From positions 273,864 through 337,863 of the forward strand of contig CAVTBL010000004.1 of the NCBI GenBank assembly GCA_963732945.1: a stretch of DNA of 64,000 nt. The letters are read 5' to 3'. A program made the position numbers and the translations under genes. This document shows, in pieces, positions 18,711 through 28,260 of this stretch. The DNA comes from an uncultured Chloroflexia bacterium. GTDB taxonomy: Bacteria; Chloroflexota; Dehalococcoidia; DSTF01; WHTK01. Positions within the stretch are counted from its first letter, which is position 1, and each line of letters starts with the position of its first letter. Under the pieces are notes generated by a model. The model saw only the letters and a program-made list of their open reading frames with translations, was not told the origin of the DNA and did not search any database.

Positions 18711-19646
18711 ATGGGCATCAAGCGCATCACGGCGGCGAACGAGAACGTCACTGCGGGGCGTTCGCGTGAAGAAGCTCAGCACTACTGGGCCGAGAGCCAC
18801 GGCAAGCTCGTGGCGAACAATGCCGGCATTCTGCGTTATCACCACTACTTCAGCCTGCCCGAGGCCTATGAGCACGACCCCAAGCCGAACTTCATCGGCA
18901 TCTCGATGTTCTGGCGCAACGATCTCGAGACGATGTTCGCGCAGCGCATCCTGCAGCCCGGCCAGTCCGCCTACAACGCGGACGACCACCAGCTATTCGA
19001 CCGCGAGATTCGCTGGCCCACCGATGACCAGCACGCTGACATCTTCGGCGAAGAGAACATCATCATCGACGGGCCCAAGACGCCGTCGATGGTCAACGCG
19101 ATCTTCATGGTCGTGCGCAAACCCGGCCTCGATCACCGCGACTTCTTCGAGCACTGGAAGCAAGTGCAGGTGCCTCTCGCCTCCAAACTGCCGGGCCTGC
19201 GCCGCTACATCCAGTGCCCCGTCGTGCTCGAGAGCATCGCGCGCGGCTCGAGCACCCACGACGGCTGGTCCGAGTTCTGGTTCGACGACTACGCCGCGTT
19301 CCAGCGGGCCGTCGCCTCGCCGGAGTGGGCGGCGATGGAGGCCGATGGCGCCACGCTGTTCATGAAGCAGAAGGGCATCGTTATCGGCCGCGAGTACGTG
19401 CAGAAGGACGAGACGTGGAAGCCGCGCGACTACGGTGCGCTATCGCTCAGCGAGGACGAGATTCGCGCTCGCCTTGAGCGCGAGGGCTACACCTCGGTCG
19501 CCGCGGACCCGACGGCTCCGGCCAGGATCAAGGCTGCGGCCGCCGCCAACAAGCTCGGCGTCTGGACGGAGCACCACCTCGTGACGCTGGACGAATCGAG
19601 CATCGACGCGCGACCAGAGCGCATCCAGGCACAGCCGCTGCACTGA
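18711..19646 (+). CDS. Tandem EthD-domain protein, paralog D (the only uninterrupted copy), with a C-terminal extension of about 70 aa and unknown function
   Basis: The ATG follows AGGAGG. It has two EthD-like halves (RSREEAQHYWAESHGKLV...LRYHHY and GLDHRDFFEHWKQVQVPLASKLPGLRRYIQ). The tail is SEDEIRARLEREGY...LGVWTEHHLVTLDESSIDARPER. Confidence 0.75.
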   Translation: MGIKRITAANENVTAGRSREEAQHYWAESHGKLVANNAGILRYHHYFSLPEAYEHDPKPNFIGISMFWRNDLETMFAQRILQPGQSAYNADDHQLFDREIRWPTDDQHADIFGEENIIIDGPKTPSMVNAIFMVVRKPGLDHRDFFEHWKQVQVPLASKLPGLRRYIQCPVVLESIARGSSTHDGWSEFWFDDYAAFQRAVASPEWAAMEADGATLFMKQKGIVIGREYVQKDETWKPRDYGALSLSEDEIRARLEREGYTSVAADPTAPARIKAAAAANKLGVWTEHHLVTLDESSIDARPERIQAQPLH

Positions 19647-19768
19647 AGGTCGAACGCTCCTCATCTGAGTGAAGCACGGAGGCTTGTCTTGAACGAAGGC
19701 AGAGGCGTTTTGTCTTTCGAGTGGTGGCTCGCTGCCCGGTGGGAAGCTCTACGTGTACAGATAAAGTC

Positions 19769-20500
19769 CTATGCGAGCGCTGCGGCCGGAAGATTGCCGA
19801 ACCGTGCTGTCCAGCTGCCGGGTGGTGAAGCCAGTGCCGTGAGTTGCTCAACGAAACGAAGGAAGTCCTGCCGAGGCATCCGCTCGGCGCCCAGACTCAG
19901 CAAGTGTGGGTTCTCGACTTGGGCGTCGATGAGGGGGAAGTCCCACTCGGAGAGCCTGCGTGCCAGGCCCGCCAGCGCGACCTTCGAGCCGCCGGACTCG
20001 GCGCTGAACATGCTCTCGCCGAAGAACATGTGGCCAATCGCAACGCCGTAGATGCCGCCGACGAGCCGCTCGCGATCGTAGACCTCTACCGAGTGCGCGC
20101 TGCCCTGGGAATGAAGCGCCAGATACGCCTCTTGCATCTCCCGGGTTATCCAGGTGCCGTTCTGTCCCGTTCTCGGTATGGCCGCGCAGGCTTCGATGAC
20201 GTCTCGAAACGCCGTGTCAGCGCGGACCGTCCAGGTAGAGCTTCGCAGGCTGCGCCGAAATCGACTCGGTAGGCTGAAGGCGTCCGTGCGGAACACGACG
20301 CGAGGATCGGGTGACCACCAGAGGATCGGTTGGCCTTCGGAGTACCACGGGAAGATGCCGTTTCGGTAGGCGTTCAGGAGCCGAGCCGGCGACAGGTCGC
20401 CGCCCGCCGCCAGCAGCCCGTCCGGCCAGCGCATCGCCGACTCCGGAGGCGGGAACGGGGCGCATGGATCGTCCGGCAGTAGATACAAACGCCGATTCAT
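19769..20500 (-). CDS. aat: Leucyl/phenylalanyl-tRNA--protein transferase
   Basis: It has LLNAYRNGIFPW, ILWWSPDPR, TWIT.EM..AY..LH..G.AHSVE and GG.YG...G..FFGESMFS, the characteristic Aat motifs. Confidence 0.85.
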   Translation of the reverse strand: MNRRLYLLPDDPCAPFPPPESAMRWPDGLLAAGGDLSPARLLNAYRNGIFPWYSEGQPILWWSPDPRVVFRTDAFSLPSRFRRSLRSSTWTVRADTAFRDVIEACAAIPRTGQNGTWITREMQEAYLALHSQGSAHSVEVYDRERLVGGIYGVAIGHMFFGESMFSAESGGSKVALAGLARRLSEWDFPLIDAQVENPHLLSLGAERMPRQDFLRFVEQLTALASPPGSWTARFGNLPAAALA

Positions 20501-20653
20501 GACACAAGCCTAACCTGCCATGCCCAGTGGCGGTGAGCGCCAGCAATCCAGATCGAGAGACCTCGGATGAGCGTTGGCGCGTGGGTCACGCGCCGCCGAC
20601 TGCGGTGCGCCGCAGCTCTTCAGGTGAAGTGGAAGCGCGTCTGGACGGCGAAC

Positions 20654-22195
20654 CTAGTGCTTCAGGCCCGCGTCGCCGGTGTTCGGCGGCGTGATGCAGA
20701 CGTTGTTGCCGATCGGGATACACGCTATCGGTGCGCCGCTGCTCGAGGTCGCGCCGCCGGTTGTGCTCGTCGGGTTCGGGCAGGTCGCGTGCAGAATAAC
20801 GGAGCCGAACTTGTCGCCCGAGGCCGCCGTAACCTTCACGTCGCCCTGGACCGCTCCCACGATGTACTTCACGTTGAGCACGCCGTTGACCGTCGGCGCC
20901 GAAAGCGTGTTGAGTGCCACGTTGGTGCCGTCCTGGTACGAGCCGTCCGGGTTGAGGAACTGGCCGTTCGTCGCCAGGAAGTTGACCACCGTGTTGTCGG
21001 CAACGACCTGGACCTTCGAGTCGCGTACGCTGGCGCCGATGAACACCGTCTCGCCGCAGGTCACCGCGGTCGACGACGCGTTGAGGTCGAGCAGACCGGG
21101 CTGCACCGAGCTGTTCACGTTGGGGCCGGGGCAGAACTGCTGCACCGTCACCACGGCCGCGTCGAAGGTGCGCTCCTGCGTGCCGTCGAGCGTTCCAACG
21201 CTGACCGTCACGTTAGAGGACGTCATGCCAGGCTGCAGCGTCAGGGTCGCGATGCCGGATTCGTTGTTCGCGTCGTTAGGCTGGACCACCAGCAGACCAA
21301 CGTCCGTGGCGAAGTGGAAGCCGAGGCCCGCCACGACGTGACCGTTGGGGTCGCGACCCGAGGCCGTGATCGTGGAGGTGCCGCCGCACTCGATGACGTT
21401 AGGGCTCGCCGTGACGACGACCGAGACATTGGCCTCTCCGGCGAAGCTGCCGCACGCCAGCGAGACGTCCACGGTCGCCGTTTTCACCGCCTTGTCCACC
21501 GGGTCCGCGATCGAGGCCGTGACCTTTGCGGTCGTCTGGTTCGGTCCCAGGGTTAGGGTTGCCGTGTTGTTGGTCGTCTGAGTCAGCAGGCCGCCCGTGG
21601 TCGAGAAGCTGAAGGCCGCGCCGTTGAGGACGTTGCCGACCTGGTCGAAGACGGTCGCGGTGATCGTGGACGTGCCGCCCTGGCACGGCAGGAGGTTGGG
21701 GCTCGCCGACACCGTGACCTGGCCGCCGCCGACGAACTGATTGCCGCCGCCGCTACTCGCCGCGATGCACTGGATGTTCACCGAGGTTACGTCCGCCTCA
21801 CCGGGCTCGGCCGTCACCGTAACGATGCCGTTCGTCGAGCAGGTAACCGTGAGGCGCACCAGAATCGAGCCGATGTTGTCCTCTTCCACGGTGACAATGT
21901 TGCTGGCCGGATCCGAGTCGGTGCAGGACGGGTTGCACGAAACGAGGTCGAGGGTTCCGGAGGCGTTGCTCGCGCCGCCATCGCCGTTGGCCGCAGCGAT
22001 CGTTGTGGATTCAGTGGTGTCTCCGGCGAGGTTCAAATTGACCACGATGATCGTCGAATTTCCGGAGTTGACGCTGGTCGAGTTCGGTACGAGAGGCGGG
22101 ACGACCGTGGCGTTTGCCGCCGTGGATGCGAACGACATTGCGACGACAACCAGCGCAGCTACGGCGGTCGAAATGAGTAGTGGTTTTTTCCGCAT
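20654..22195 (-). CDS. Secreted protein with several bacterial Ig-like (Big_1/invasin-type) domains
   Basis: It has a signal peptide (MRKKPLLISTAVAALVVVAMSFASTAANA). Repeated modules of about 90 aa follow, such as VTASPNVIECGGTSTITASGRDPNGHVVAGLGFHFAT...GIATLTL. I moved the start to 22195, the first Met with a signal peptide. Confidence 0.65.
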   Translation of the reverse strand: MRKKPLLISTAVAALVVVAMSFASTAANATVVPPLVPNSTSVNSGNSTIIVVNLNLAGDTTESTTIAAANGDGGASNASGTLDLVSCNPSCTDSDPASNIVTVEEDNIGSILVRLTVTCSTNGIVTVTAEPGEADVTSVNIQCIAASSGGGNQFVGGGQVTVSASPNLLPCQGGTSTITATVFDQVGNVLNGAAFSFSTTGGLLTQTTNNTATLTLGPNQTTAKVTASIADPVDKAVKTATVDVSLACGSFAGEANVSVVVTASPNVIECGGTSTITASGRDPNGHVVAGLGFHFATDVGLLVVQPNDANNESGIATLTLQPGMTSSNVTVSVGTLDGTQERTFDAAVVTVQQFCPGPNVNSSVQPGLLDLNASSTAVTCGETVFIGASVRDSKVQVVADNTVVNFLATNGQFLNPDGSYQDGTNVALNTLSAPTVNGVLNVKYIVGAVQGDVKVTAASGDKFGSVILHATCPNPTSTTGGATSSSGAPIACIPIGNNVCITPPNTGDAGLKH

Positions 22196-22541
22196 TGCCA
22201 ACCCCTCGTCCTTGAACACGGTCAGCCAGGCCGGATCCCAAATGGGATCCTTCCCGTGGACCGTACGCTTGGGGGTTTGCATCGACGAGCAGCAGTGAGC
22301 GGGGACCCTAGCCGGCCTCGCTCGAGACGTCAAACCCCGCCACCAGCCCGGGCATGCGGGAGTGCCTGGGCTGCCCGATCTACTAACGAAGTCGCATGCT
22401 AAAGAGTTAACGTCCAAACGTCCAGCTTATGCACCTCGAGTTTCGTCAGGAGAGGACGAGAGCAAAGCCACGGTCGACACGCTAAGGAATTTTCGAAGCA
22501 GGCCGACAATTCTGCAGGTGTAATCGAGTTACTGCAGGACG

Positions 22542-22754
22542 GTGATTTGCATGAGCAGCATGAGCATCGCATGTGTCGTAGCGTTGGGCACGGCAATTGG
22601 CCTGGTTCTGGCGCTGCCTGAAGCTGAGCGACTGGATATGGCAGCCGCTGCCTACATCACGATCTTCTTCAACGCGCTTTTCGCGGCCTGGGCGTTCGCT
22701 ATCGGGCGAAGCATCGTGAGAATGGTCCGGGAGTCTGGCGAAACCCGGCGCTAA
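22542..22754 (+). CDS. Possible small two-helix membrane protein
   Basis: This rests on ORF and hydrophobicity only; the RBS is weak. Confidence 0.3.
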   Translation: MICMSSMSIACVVALGTAIGLVLALPEAERLDMAAAAYITIFFNALFAAWAFAIGRSIVRMVRESGETRR

Positions 22755-22769
22755 TTTCGTGACGAAGCT

Positions 22770-24221
22770 TTAGCTCACTTTGAGACGATAAGGACCGATC
22801 GTTATCTCGTCGCCCGGGCTGAGCGTGGCCCAGTCGACCGGCTTCCCCTCGATCAGCGACGGTACCGAGTCCGACAGCTGGTGGAAGATCAGCTTCCCGT
22901 CCCGGCTCCAGATTCGCGCGTGCACGCCGGCGACGCGGCCCTGCGGGTCTTCGAGGCGAAGCTGGTTCGACGCGTCGGTGCCGATGGTCGCGGGCTCGCG
23001 GCCTACGTGCGCGGTCTGTCGCGTGTCCGGGCCCTCGACCTCGATCGAGACGTCGGGCGCGGCCGGCGCCGGTTCGCCCGGAGCCGAGGTCTGCAGCTCG
23101 CCGACGGCGCCGGTGCTCAGCACGGCAAGCTGAGCCGAGAGGCGCCTCGTCTTGAGGCGGTTGTAGCTGAAGGCGCCGCCGCCGACCACAACCCCGACGA
23201 CCAGGACCGCGAGAAGGATCAGCAGGACGGAGCTGCTGTTGCTCGATTCCGTGCCCGTGGCTGCAGGCGCCGGCGCGGCTCCGGCCTCTGTGTCCGCGCC
23301 CGCCACTCCCGTGACGCTGCGAAGCGTCTTGTAGTCGCTGCTGACCTGCAGGGTCCCGGCCGAGCTGTAGATGCGCAGGTCGAGGCTGCGGTCGGCAACG
23401 TTGGGGTCGGCGGTCGAGTTCAGCGTGACCACGTACTGGCTCTTGAGCAGCTGAGCGACCTGCTTGTAGAGGGTCGTCACGTCTGCGCTGGAAGGAGCCT
23501 GGAGGAAGGCGCCGCCGGATTGCGCGGCCAGCGAGGTCAGGAAGGCGCGGTCGATGTCCTGGCCGAGGCCGATGACGTAGAACGGTATGTGGGCGTTCGC
23601 GGCCAGCCTCAGCGCCTGGTCTGAGCTCAGGTCCGAGTGGCCGCCGTCGTCCTTGCCGTCCGAGAGAAACACGATGGCCTTGCGCGGCAGCGTCGCAGCC
23701 TGCGCCGTCTTGATCGAGGTTTCGACGGCCGAGTACAACGCCGTGTCGCCGCGCGCGATCAGCCCGTCGAGCGCCGATACCGCCGCGTTGTGGTCCGCGG
23801 TCAGGCCTTCGACGAGGTTGGCCTGGCTGGCGAAGTTCAGCACGGCAACCTGGTCGGCGGGTTGGAGGTTCTTGACGAAGTCGCTTATCGCCGATTTCGC
23901 GGCGGCCAGCGGCGGTCCGAACATGCTGCCGCTCGTGTCGACCGTCATGATCACGCCGAGGCCGAGGTTCTGGTTCGAGACGGTCTGCAGCTTCGTCACC
24001 GCCGCCGATGCGCCCGTCTCCTGCGCCGTCACGTCGGCCGGCTGCAGGTCGACGACGGGCTGCCCGGTCGAGTCGACCAGCGTCAGCACGGCCTCGACCG
24101 TGGGGAAGGCGCTGTCGTCGACGCTGACGATCTGCGCCACCGGCGCGGCGCCACGCACCGTGGTCCCGCCGGATATGAGGGCAAAGACCAACACGACAAT
24201 AGTGGCTAACGCTGTACGCAC
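22770..24221 (-). CDS. Bitopic protein: signal/anchor, extracytoplasmic VWA domain, TM helix, cytoplasmic FHA domain
   Basis: A GTG start follows GGGAGA. The VWA MIDAS-like motif is DTSGSM...S...GDTALY...FLSDGKDD. The TM segment is VLLILLAVLVVGVVVGGGAF. The C-terminal FHA pattern is TIGTDASNQLRLEDP..VAGVHARI...LIFHQLSD..PSLIEGKPV. Confidence 0.8.
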   Translation of the reverse strand: MRTALATIVVLVFALISGGTTVRGAAPVAQIVSVDDSAFPTVEAVLTLVDSTGQPVVDLQPADVTAQETGASAAVTKLQTVSNQNLGLGVIMTVDTSGSMFGPPLAAAKSAISDFVKNLQPADQVAVLNFASQANLVEGLTADHNAAVSALDGLIARGDTALYSAVETSIKTAQAATLPRKAIVFLSDGKDDGGHSDLSSDQALRLAANAHIPFYVIGLGQDIDRAFLTSLAAQSGGAFLQAPSSADVTTLYKQVAQLLKSQYVVTLNSTADPNVADRSLDLRIYSSAGTLQVSSDYKTLRSVTGVAGADTEAGAAPAPAATGTESSNSSSVLLILLAVLVVGVVVGGGAFSYNRLKTRRLSAQLAVLSTGAVGELQTSAPGEPAPAAPDVSIEVEGPDTRQTAHVGREPATIGTDASNQLRLEDPQGRVAGVHARIWSRDGKLIFHQLSDSVPSLIEGKPVDWATLSPGDEITIGPYRLKVS

Positions 24222-24343
24222 CGCAGGTTCTCCCGAATGGAGTAAACGATTTCGAGAGTCAAGAATAACGGAAACACGCGAAAAAGCCAGAAGAAATTCC
24301 GTCCCGCATTCTGGCGAGACGGGACCGTTGGGGAGAGAACACG

Positions 24344-24520
24344 ATGAACCAGGCTACAGACGAATCTGAGACGCAGGCGCCCGCAACGGCCCAGATAATC
24401 GACATCGAGACGCTGCGGCAGCATCGGCGCCTCGTCGAAGCGCGCGAGTGGCTGCGAGCCCAGCTGCCCTGGCAGCGCGCCGACGCCCGCCGGATCAGCG
24501 ACCGCATCCGCGCCGCCTGA
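24344..24520 (+). CDS. Possible 58-aa Arg-rich helical protein (below the ORF-track cutoff)
   Basis: The ATG follows GGGGAGAG. GC3 is high and there are no internal stops. The translation is MNQATDESETQAPATAQIIDIETLRQHRRLVEAREWLRAQLPWQRADARRISDRIRAA. Confidence 0.35.
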   Translation: MNQATDESETQAPATAQIIDIETLRQHRRLVEAREWLRAQLPWQRADARRISDRIRAA

Positions 24521-24743
24521 GTTATCCTTCGACGGCGGCAATTTTCGCCGCCCGAATATCCTCAAATTGCGCACAGATCCCGACGGCGCAGCCCTGCCCG
24601 CCAGCCTCCAAAGAAATTTTAGACCAGGCCGACGAATTATGGCCTCTGCGGAAGATATGTATTAAACTCGCGCGACTTAGCGCTCGAAACTCGAACAGGC
24701 ATAGATGGCCTTGTTACAGTTTCTAGATGGGCGCGCCTCTCTC

Positions 24744-24772
24744 TTGACATTTATGTAATCCTGCCTTATCAC
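24744..24772 (+). promoter_or_regulatory. Candidate promoter TTGACA-N17-TATCAC about 280 nt upstream of flp
   Basis: Read directly, in the lower-GC stretch 24575-25050. Confidence 0.35.
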
Positions 24773-25049
24773 TTATGTCTGCCTCTGTTCGTTTGCGCAG
24801 TGGTCATCGTGACACAACTGCCGGACGTAATAGAGGCGATATGGCCCTTTGCTCCCCGCCTCGTTAGGGCTGTAATACTTCCGACGGTTTCCGCGTTTAG
24901 CGGACAGAAGGCAATTTGCCTGCGTCGGGAAAGTTACAGAGAAGGAGGCGCCCTGGAAGCAAGGATGCAAGCGGGATTAAGCCTGCTCTTTGCCGGAGTT
25001 TCCGGCACTCCAACCACACCCCGTATTTAGTCATGGAGGACCTGCAAGG

Positions 25050-25223
25050 ATGCAGTTCATCAATTTCATCAAGGATCGAATCTCCGCTCTGTTCACGGAA
25101 GAGTCCGGCCAGGACGGCATCGAGTACCTGCTCGTCATCGGCGGCATCAGCGTGGCCATCATCGTCGCAGCGTTGCCGCGCTCGTTACTGGTGGCTGCCC
25201 GGCGTCGTCACCGGCGTCTGTGA
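25050..25223 (+). CDS. flp: Flp-family type IVb prepilin
   Basis: GGAGGA lies 9 nt before the ATG. It has the Flp motif G|QDGIEYLLVIGGISVAIIV. The Arg-rich C-terminal tail is atypical, so the 3' end may carry an indel. Confidence 0.75.
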   Translation: MQFINFIKDRISALFTEESGQDGIEYLLVIGGISVAIIVAALPRSLLVAARRRHRRL

Positions 25224-25294
25224 AGCAGCTCATCGACGGTATCATACTCCGGCGTCACCGCTTAGCCTAAGCTGGTCGACTAGGGCGGGACTGG

Positions 25295-25525
25295 CTGTTC
25301 AGCCCGCTCAAGGCTACCCGCGCCCTCTTGACGCGACTGCTTCGCTGATCGAGGACGAGACGGTCAGGCCGGCATCGAGTACCTGCTCGCGATGGGCGCT
25401 ATCGCAGTCGTGGTCGCCGGCAGCTCTTGATCGGCGGCTTCGAGGCCATCGTGCGCGGCGTGCTACCGGTGCTCTGCGACGCGGTCGATCCCCTACGCGG
25501 CGGCGGTAACTGTATCAGCTTTTAG
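25295..25525 (+). pseudogene. flp: Second Flp-like prepilin, reading frame broken at least twice
   Basis: GQAGIEYLLAMGAIAVVVAG is readable in one frame. The leader (...LIEDET) and tail (LLIGGFEAIVRGVLPVLCDAVDPL...) are in other frames. There is no clean start codon. Confidence 0.5.
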
Positions 25526-25558
25526 TCGGAAGACCGAACTAGTTCTGGGTTCTGAACA

Positions 25559-26025
25559 ATGATGAGACTTACGAGCATTCGACGACCGGTGCGACGCGGC
25601 ATCAAGGACGAGAAGGGCCAGGCGGCCATCGAGCTGCTGCTCGTCTTTCCCGTCTTCATCGTTGTCGTGCTGCTCGCCGTCGACTTCGGTCTCTGGATGT
25701 ATCAGACCGTAAGCGTCGCCAGCGCGGTTCGCGACGGCGCGCGCTACGCCGCGGTCAACTGCGGCGGCAACCTCCTGCACCGCGAGCGACATCGCAACTT
25801 ACACGGCCAATCACTCCAGCGGCAGCATCGACGCCGCTCATGTTCACGTGAGCTGGGCGGCGAGTCGGCCCGCCGCGGCCGGCGCCAAGGGCAGCCAGGT
25901 CGTCGTTGAGGCCTGCGCGCCCTACTCGATGATCTTCGCCCCGGTCACGTTCTCGACGGGGCTTGCCTCCAGCGACAACATGCGCGTGGAGCAGTCGTTC
26001 TCCTCCACGGCAGGCGGCTCAGTCA
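25559..26025 (+). pseudogene. tadE: TadE-like pseudopilin (pair 2); one frame break and no stop before tadG
   Basis: It has KGQAAIELLLVFPVFIVVVLLAVDFG...VRDGARYAAV. The frame breaks near 25775. The continuation ends ...DNMRVE, as in other TadE copies, but runs on in frame into the next gene. Confidence 0.65.
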
Positions 26026-27346
26026 TGTCCCTGATGCGGCACGCCATGGGCGTAGTGCGCCTGCTCGCCCGGGAGGAATCGGGGCAAACCGCTATTGCGA
26101 TCCTGCTGGTGTTTCTCGGCGTCTTCGCGCTGTGCGGGCTCTCGCTCGATGCCGGCTTCTGGTACTTCGACCATCGCACAGCACAGAACCAGGCAGACTC
26201 GGCGGCGCTGGCCGGTATCCAGGCGCTACCCTCGTCCAGCACGGGTGGGGCGCTCACGGACGCGGTTACCTGGCTGCAGAACAACGGAATCACGTCCGGG
26301 CTGCCAGTCCTCGACCTCGAGCGACTGCAATCGAGATGGCGTCGAACGATATTCGAGTCGTGGTTACGGATGAGATACCAGCGGGAAACCCGGACGGCAT
26401 CTACGACACCGTCCGCGTTTGCATCCGAAGAAATTCTGCCGTACTGCTGAGCGCGCTATCCGGTGTCGGCGAGGCGAGAGTAAGCGCAGCGGCAAAAACC
26501 AAGACCGGCGGCGCAGAAGGATCAACCGTAATGCCCTGGGCGGCGATTCCCTTCGACCTCAACTGCGATGCAATTGGCGAGATGTGCAACGTGGACCTCA
26601 ACGCCAACGGCGTGCTGGACCCCGGCGAATCAGGCGTCTGCACATTCGTCGACTGTCCCTTCGGCATCGACAATCGGCGCCTGTTTTCGCTTAAAGAACG
26701 GGAACCTGAACCAGTGCAATAGCAGCCAGTACTGCCCGGCGGTCCCCATCCAGGCGTGCGGCAACGGCGCGAGTAGCTACCGCGATTGCATCACCGGCGA
26801 CGCCACGAGCTCGCGGTTTCGCAGGTCGGCGCCACAGTCCAGGTCGATACGTTGCAGGGCAACATGGGTGTCAACACGAGCAATCCCCTGGACCAATGGG
26901 CGACCGACAACGGCGACGCTGCCCAAAACTGCGACGTGGCATCGACACCGGACCAGACGCAGGGCGGCCTCGATACCGACGTGATCAACGGCGTGTTGCA
27001 GACCCGGCTCAACGATCCGGCCTGCGACTACCGCAAAGTCGTGCTGGCAATTGTCTGCCAGACGGCCAACGCGAACTGTGTGCCCAACAACGGCAGCAAC
27101 CACCTGCTCGTAGTGGGGCTCGCCGTGTACTACGTGGCCGGCTGGGATCAGAACGCGGCCGCAGGCTCAACTACGCAAGCCTGCACCCACTACAACGGTA
27201 ATAACGTTCCCAACGGAAAGTTCAATTGCGGGGCTGTCTGGGGCTATCTGCTCAAGGGCGAGGACCCGGCAGGTCGATTCAAGCTCGACGAGATCAGCAA
27301 CAACCCGAACCCATTGGCGCCAATAGTCATCGCGCTGGTTGAGTAG
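26026..27346 (+). pseudogene. tadG: TadG-like protein (pair 2); at least three frame breaks
   Basis: It has ESGQTAIAILLVFLGVFALCGLSLDAGFWYFDHRTAQNQADSAALAG. The pieces continue in other frames, with breaks near 26310, 26690 and 26800. The C-terminus is ...PIVIALVE. Confidence 0.6.
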
Positions 27347-27421
27347 ACCTGACGTCGCGTAACACACGACGTCAAAGCGCGTTAGCAAATTAGCAAAACA
27401 AATTCGTCCACGGAGGGACTT

Positions 27422-28234
27422 ATGACGAGCATCAGTCAGGCACAACGCGGAGGGCGCGCCAACAAACGGCAACTCTGGATTGCTGCCGCTCTCGGTCTGC
27501 TCGCGGCGGTCCTCGTCATCGTGTTCCTCAGCAACGCGGGCAGCAAGGACAACAACAGCAGCACCTCCGTAGCGACGGAGGGCGTCATCGTTGCGTCCCA
27601 GCCGATCGCTATCGGCACGCAGATCACCGCCGATATGCTGACCACCAAACAGGTTGCAACCTCGGCTATCGCTTCCGACGCCATACGCGACAAGACTCTG
27701 GCCATCGGGCAGGTCGCCCGCTATCCGATCTCGCGTGGCGACACCCTGAGCACGGGCGAGCTGGTCGCGGCGCCGCAGGTCAAGTCGCTGTCGTTCGAGA
27801 TCCCGCCGGGCCTGCGCGGCATGACCATCCCGGTCTCGATTAACAACACGCCCTCGGCGCTGATCGCCCCCGGCGACTTCGTCGACGTGATCGTCAGCGC
27901 GGACGCCGTGCTGCTCAACGGCAACGTCGTGACGCTGCCGGGCAACAACCAGCAGCAGGCTCGAGGCTCGGCGACGCTCCTGCAGAACGTGCAGGTGCTC
28001 TCCGTCGACCGCAACTTCGCCGACACCGGCGTCGTCTACGACTCCTCGGTCCGCGGTACGCCGCCCGATGCGAAGGACAGCGTCTCCTTCGTCACCCTGG
28101 CTGTAACTCCCGATCAAGCGCAGCTTCTCTGGCTGGCGCAGGACAGCGGCAAGCTCACCATCGTGCTGCGTGCGTTCGGCGATGACAAAGTCGTCACCCT
28201 CACGCCGGACGTCGAGCCGCTGCAGCTTCCTTAG
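27422..28234 (+). CDS. cpaB: Flp pilus assembly protein CpaB/RcpC (SAF domain)
   Basis: It has an N-terminal TM segment, then VIVASQPIAIGTQITADML and a RcpC-type C-terminal region. GGAGGG precedes the ATG. Confidence 0.8.
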   Translation: MTSISQAQRGGRANKRQLWIAAALGLLAAVLVIVFLSNAGSKDNNSSTSVATEGVIVASQPIAIGTQITADMLTTKQVATSAIASDAIRDKTLAIGQVARYPISRGDTLSTGELVAAPQVKSLSFEIPPGLRGMTIPVSINNTPSALIAPGDFVDVIVSADAVLLNGNVVTLPGNNQQQARGSATLLQNVQVLSVDRNFADTGVVYDSSVRGTPPDAKDSVSFVTLAVTPDQAQLLWLAQDSGKLTIVLRAFGDDKVVTLTPDVEPLQLP

Positions 28235-28260
28235 ACATCGCTCGACTGAAAGGCACAATC

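Noticed and set aside
20654-20700. The C-terminal ...TPPNTGDAGLKH of the Big-domain protein as a possible sortase sorting signal
   Set aside because: No hydrophobic segment or basic tail follows in any frame before or after the stop. It does not fit an LPXTG-type signal.
24206-24574. A 122-aa minus-strand ORF upstream of the VWA-FHA gene
   Set aside because: Its composition and codon pattern are poor. The opposite strand holds a better small ORF (24344-24520) with an RBS. Neither is strongly supported.
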